Source: an uncultured Chloroflexia bacterium (GTDB lineage Bacteria; Chloroflexota; Limnocylindria; Limnocylindrales; CSP1-4). From it: a DNA stretch of 64,000 nucleotides. The stretch spans positions 20,142-84,141 of the forward strand of contig CAWFMQ010000009.1 of NCBI GenBank assembly GCA_963816905.1, written 5' to 3'. Positions 59,666 through 64,000 of the stretch are shown here, one piece after another; position 1 is the first letter of the stretch, and each line of letters starts with the position of its first letter. Both the position numbers and the translations under genes were made by a program. Under the pieces are notes generated by a model. It was not told the origin of the DNA and searched no databases. It saw only the letters and a list, made by a program, of their open reading frames with translations.

Positions 59666-61732
59666 TCAGCGCACGCTGCTATTCAGGAAGTCGCCCCCGC
59701 CGATCAGCGCGGGCCAGTACTCGAACGAGCCCGTGCGGCCGACATGGAGCGGGCTCAGCCCGTCCCACTGCGCTGCGAAGGACAGGATCACGTCGTCCGG
59801 TCCCAGTGCAGCGCCGTTCGAGAACTTCACGTTCTTCCGCAGCGCGCAGGTCCACACCGTGAAATCCGCGTTCGGCGTGCAGCTCGTCGCCAGCGCCGGC
59901 TCAGGGGTAAGCCCGTCCGCCCCGAAGTTGAAGAGCGGCTCCTGGATCTGCTCGCATGCCCGGAACGACTCGGCATCAGTCTCGTCGGCGCAGTAGAGGC
60001 TGAGCGGTTCGGCCATCTGCACGAACCTGAGGGTGGCGCGGTTGCCCGGCTCCATGAGGGCGAAGCGCTCGTCGGTGACGCTCGACGAGTAGGCGCCCTC
60101 GACATCTGCCCGCCACGCCGTGCCGGTGCCGCCGTGCGCGACGATGACCAGCGGCACGTGCTTCCTGACGAGGTTGTTGACCTTCGCGTAGCCGGCCGCG
60201 CGGCCCGCGTCCGAGGTGGCCTGGTCGCCCTCGTTGACTGCTGCCCAGAGATCCGGGTAGAGGTTCCCGAACTTTCTGCCGGCGCCAGTGCCGAAGAAAT
60301 AGTCGACGAAGCCGCTGGTGTCCGGATAGTCGGCGACCCAGCCGAGCATGAAGAGACCGTCGAGCTTGCCTGCGGCGTTGTTGTCGAGGAAGGTGTTCGA
60401 CTCCTGCAGGTCAAGCGAAACCTTGATGCCGAGGTTGATCCGGAGCTGGACCTGGATGTCGTGCGCGATCGTCGGTGCGTCCGGCATGTACGGGCGCACC
60501 GAGCTGCGGAACTGGAGCCTGGGTTTGCTCACCCCGGGAACTCGCCCGGCGTTCCAGTCCGCGAGCGTCATGCCGTCCTCGGCCAGCCCTTCCGCGAGCA
60601 GTCGCCTGGCCTCGGTCGGGTTGAAGCTCCAGGTCTTCTCTCCGCCGCAGGCGTAGGGGATCGGGCACGGCGTGAAGTAGTTGGCCACCTCCGACCCGGC
60701 CCCGTAGAAGTTCCTGACGATGCGCGACCGGTTGATGCCCATGGCGATGGCCCTGCGAACCTTCACGTTGTCCCACGGCTTGTACGTGTTGTTCATGCCG
60801 AGGTAGAACGTGTTCAGGCCCGGCCGCCGGATATACGCCAGCGTCGGATCGTCCGCGATGAAGGACATATCGTCCGTCGTCGGGTTGTCCATCCCGTCGA
60901 CCGTTCCCGCCTGGAGCATGACCAATCGAGCCGCCGACTGGTCGTTCCACAGCAATTGCGCCTTCGGGGCGAGTGGAGCCACGCCCCAGTAGTCGGGATT
61001 GGCGACCAGGTTGACGCTGTTGCCAGGGTCCCATGTCTTGAGCCTGTACGGCCCCGTCCCGACAGCGTTCGTCAGCAGCCGGCCGTCGGCAGCGTGAGCG
61101 ATGAGATAGCCGGCATCCTGGATGGCCAGCGGGGCCGACGCGATCTGGCCGAGAAATGCGGGGTCGGGATTGCAGAAGTCGAATTCGACGCCTTTGCCAT
61201 CCGCCGTCGCCTTGATGCGCTTGAGGTTGCCCCAGTATGGCTGCTCGTTGAACCGGCTCGAAAGGCAGTCGACGCTGCCGTACGAGGGAGCCGGATAAAC
61301 GGTCACGCCCACGGCCGGCACGGGCGGCAATCGCACAACTTCGGCTGCGCTCCTCGCCGATGCGGAATGCCCGTTCCTGGTGCACGTCGGCTTGACCGGC
61401 CAGAGGCCCGCCGTGGTGTTCGCCGGGACGACCCACGTCCAGGCCGCGTTCCCGGCCGCGTTGGCGATCTTCCTGCCCAGCCCCGTGCCGTGCCACGGCC
61501 CGTCCTGGTAGGTGACCACGATGGTGCACGAGGCGCCGGCCGTCGTGTGGACCTTCGCGGTCGAGCTGTGGCCGGGAGCGACGGGGCTCGACAGCGAGGT
61601 AAAGGAGACGGTGATGGCGAGCGCCGGGACCGCCTCGCTCGCAGGCGGGGCCGCGGACGACGAATGCGCGAGCCCATTTCCCGGCACGACAAGGACGGCC
61701 ACCACGATCATGGGCAGCACGAACCGCTTCAC
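59666..61732 (-). CDS. ABC transporter solute-binding protein (family 5) with an extra N-terminal beta domain
   Basis: Signal peptide, GTGPY, NPDYWG, YLGMN, VRRAIA.GINR, GWVADYPD. GTG start after GGAGG. Confidence 0.88.
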   Translation of the reverse strand: MKRFVLPMIVVAVLVVPGNGLAHSSSAAPPASEAVPALAITVSFTSLSSPVAPGHSSTAKVHTTAGASCTIVVTYQDGPWHGTGLGRKIANAAGNAAWTWVVPANTTAGLWPVKPTCTRNGHSASARSAAEVVRLPPVPAVGVTVYPAPSYGSVDCLSSRFNEQPYWGNLKRIKATADGKGVEFDFCNPDPAFLGQIASAPLAIQDAGYLIAHAADGRLLTNAVGTGPYRLKTWDPGNSVNLVANPDYWGVAPLAPKAQLLWNDQSAARLVMLQAGTVDGMDNPTTDDMSFIADDPTLAYIRRPGLNTFYLGMNNTYKPWDNVKVRRAIAMGINRSRIVRNFYGAGSEVANYFTPCPIPYACGGEKTWSFNPTEARRLLAEGLAEDGMTLADWNAGRVPGVSKPRLQFRSSVRPYMPDAPTIAHDIQVQLRINLGIKVSLDLQESNTFLDNNAAGKLDGLFMLGWVADYPDTSGFVDYFFGTGAGRKFGNLYPDLWAAVNEGDQATSDAGRAAGYAKVNNLVRKHVPLVIVAHGGTGTAWRADVEGAYSSSVTDERFALMEPGNRATLRFVQMAEPLSLYCADETDAESFRACEQIQEPLFNFGADGLTPEPALATSCTPNADFTVWTCALRKNVKFSNGAALGPDDVILSFAAQWDGLSPLHVGRTGSFEYWPALIGGGDFLNSSVR

Positions 61733-61966
61733 TGTCCCCTCCTCCCACGGTTGCCGCGACGGACCGCATCCCATGCCAGCCGCCGTTTCCGGCGAGCTAC
61801 TGCAAGGGTACTGCCGGGTCAACGCCGCTGTGACCAAACTGCGCGGGCCGGCGATCGAGGCCGTGGCCTTCTCAGTCTCTCCCCGCCATGTTCACAACCT
61901 GCTCACACCCTTGCCCGAGTCTCCACGTCATCGCAACCGATGGACACATCGAAAGGAGACTTCGAC

Positions 61967-62407
61967 TTGCAACGATCACGTTTCGGACTCGGGCTCATCT
62001 GGGCCCTGTCCACCGTGATCATCGCCGGCATCGCCGGCGTGATCGGCTACAGCATCGGCCTCGGCGCCACGGTGACGGCCGGCGGTGTTGTCGCCCCCCA
62101 TTTCGTCTACGGCCCGATGGGCTGGGGGTGGGGTTTCTTCCCGTTCTTCGGCCTGCTGTTCGGTGCCGTGTTCTTCGTCCTGATCTTCGGCCTCATCCGG
62201 CGCGCGGCCTGGGGCGGCTATCGCGGCTACGGACCGGGCGGGCCCGGCGCCGGATCCTGGAGCCGGTCAGGCTGGGACCGCGGCGACCCTCCACCGGCCG
62301 GCGACGGCTCGTTTGAAGACCTGCACCGCAGGGCACACGGCGACACCGGCACGACGACGAGTGCGCCGGCCGGCCCCGTACCAGAGACGGGAACCTGGCC
62401 GCGATAG
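61967..62407 (+). CDS. Small 2-TM Gly-rich membrane protein
   Basis: AAAGGAG RBS before TTG 61967 (ATG 61940 possible). GWGWGFFPFFGLLF..LHRRAH. Confidence 0.75.
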   Translation: MQRSRFGLGLIWALSTVIIAGIAGVIGYSIGLGATVTAGGVVAPHFVYGPMGWGWGFFPFFGLLFGAVFFVLIFGLIRRAAWGGYRGYGPGGPGAGSWSRSGWDRGDPPPAGDGSFEDLHRRAHGDTGTTTSAPAGPVPETGTWPR

Positions 62408-62482
62408 CAGCCCGGACGACGGGCGGCCGACCGCAGACCGTCGTCAATCAACCACAACACAGGTACACATGAGGTGAACACC

Positions 62483-62785
62483 ATGTCCAGGAACAGCTCC
62501 GGCGTCGATCTTGCCCACCTGGTCCTTTTCGGGATCGCGGTGGCCGCGATCAGCCACGCCGTCCAGCACAGGCACCACGCGTACGGCGGCCCCGGAGATG
62601 GTCCCGGCGGGCCCGGCACCTTCGGAGGCGGGCCCCGTGGCCGCGGCTTCGGCCGGCACATGCGCGGGCGGCGCGGCCTTCCGCCGATGATGGAGGCGAG
62701 GCTCCGCGACTGGCACCGCGCGGAGCACGAGCACGACGAGTCGACGGACGCCCCGAGTACTCCGAGCGCTCCCGCGGACGCGTAG
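62483..62785 (+). CDS. Small Gly/His-rich protein
   Basis: GAGGTG RBS, short hydrophobic N-terminus, ..RLRDWHRAEH. Confidence 0.7.
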   Translation: MSRNSSGVDLAHLVLFGIAVAAISHAVQHRHHAYGGPGDGPGGPGTFGGGPRGRGFGRHMRGRRGLPPMMEARLRDWHRAEHEHDESTDAPSTPSAPADA

Positions 62786-62868
62786 CCCGCACCGACGGGC
62801 TTCTCACAACCCCAGAGGGCGGGCAATCCCCGCCCTCTTCCCGTCTGTCCACGCCCGAGAGGCTTAGC

Positions 62869-63581
<713 letters not shown>

Positions 63582-63585
<4 letters not shown>

Positions 63586-64000
63586 CGCCGCCCGAGGAGA
63601 CGCTCGGCACTGTGCCGCCGACCGGGGAGGCAGACGGCGCCGACCGGCCTCCGATCGACCGATGGGAACGGCACCGGGCTCGCCGCCATTTCGGTCCGCG
63701 ACCTCGACGCCGTCCCAACTGGTGGCCGGAAACCGAGCCCTGGCCCCCGCAGGGCCCGCCGGCCTGGGTCCGGAATGGCGAAGTCCCGCCGTGGGCGGCG
63801 GCGTTGCGGGAGCACCGGCGGGCGCGCCATGGATTCGCCCGGCGGTTCGGGTGCCTGCTGCTGCTCTTGGCGCTCTTCGTCAGCGGCCTGCTGCTGCTGG
63901 CGGTCGGGGCGTTCGTTTCGTTCGTCGCGGGCACGGCCACCCATCCCGCGCTGGTCGTTCTCGGCCTGATGGTGTTCCTGGCCATCTCGGCGGGCGTGTT
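63582..64000 (+). CDS. Sensor histidine kinase N-terminus (truncated at window edge)
   Basis: GTG overlaps the regulator stop. Arg/Pro-rich N-terminus then 2 TMs. The kinase domain lies outside the window. Confidence 0.6.

Overview
High-GC bacterial window, almost fully coding, with no rRNA, tRNA, CRISPR array or IS element that I can support. Gene style suggests a Chloroflexota (Limnocylindria-like) genome, but this is inference only. At least 12 otherwise ordinary genes carry frameshifts, most consistent with long-read consensus errors. Main blocks in order: a secreted papain-like protein; an M64 metallopeptidase-vWA fusion with a small coupled partner; a divergent SDR / SRPBCC-FAD oxidoreductase-DUF1365-cfa lipid-modification cluster with CarH/LitR-like 11-bp phased repeats in its promoter; a ClC transporter; an Fe-S protein; a Gfo/Idh-deoC-ROK-nagA operon; an AlaDH-like enzyme; a GlpA-like flavoprotein coupled to SdhB/C/D-like subunits; GT87, amidase, asnA, a NarL-type two-component system, cupredoxin, ppgK and a 5'-3' exonuclease; a c-di-GMP locus; IMPase, MFS, LLM oxidoreductase and deoD; an HTH regulator leading hemA-hemC-hemB-hemE-hemH-radical SAM-hemY; pyrE/pyrD, fabF, an orphan ABC solute-binding protein and an OmpR two-component system. 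Best candidate for an undescribed system (36736-40764): a DUF5317-like membrane protein with a signal peptidase II (LspA)-like Asp pair, then a c-di-GMP-I riboswitch, then two unannotated 29- and 34-aa signal-peptide-like ORFs ending L-x-A-G-(M/R)-R-W. These converge on a multi-TM-GAF-GGDEF-EAL gene. Together they suggest peptide signalling wired to c-di-GMP.
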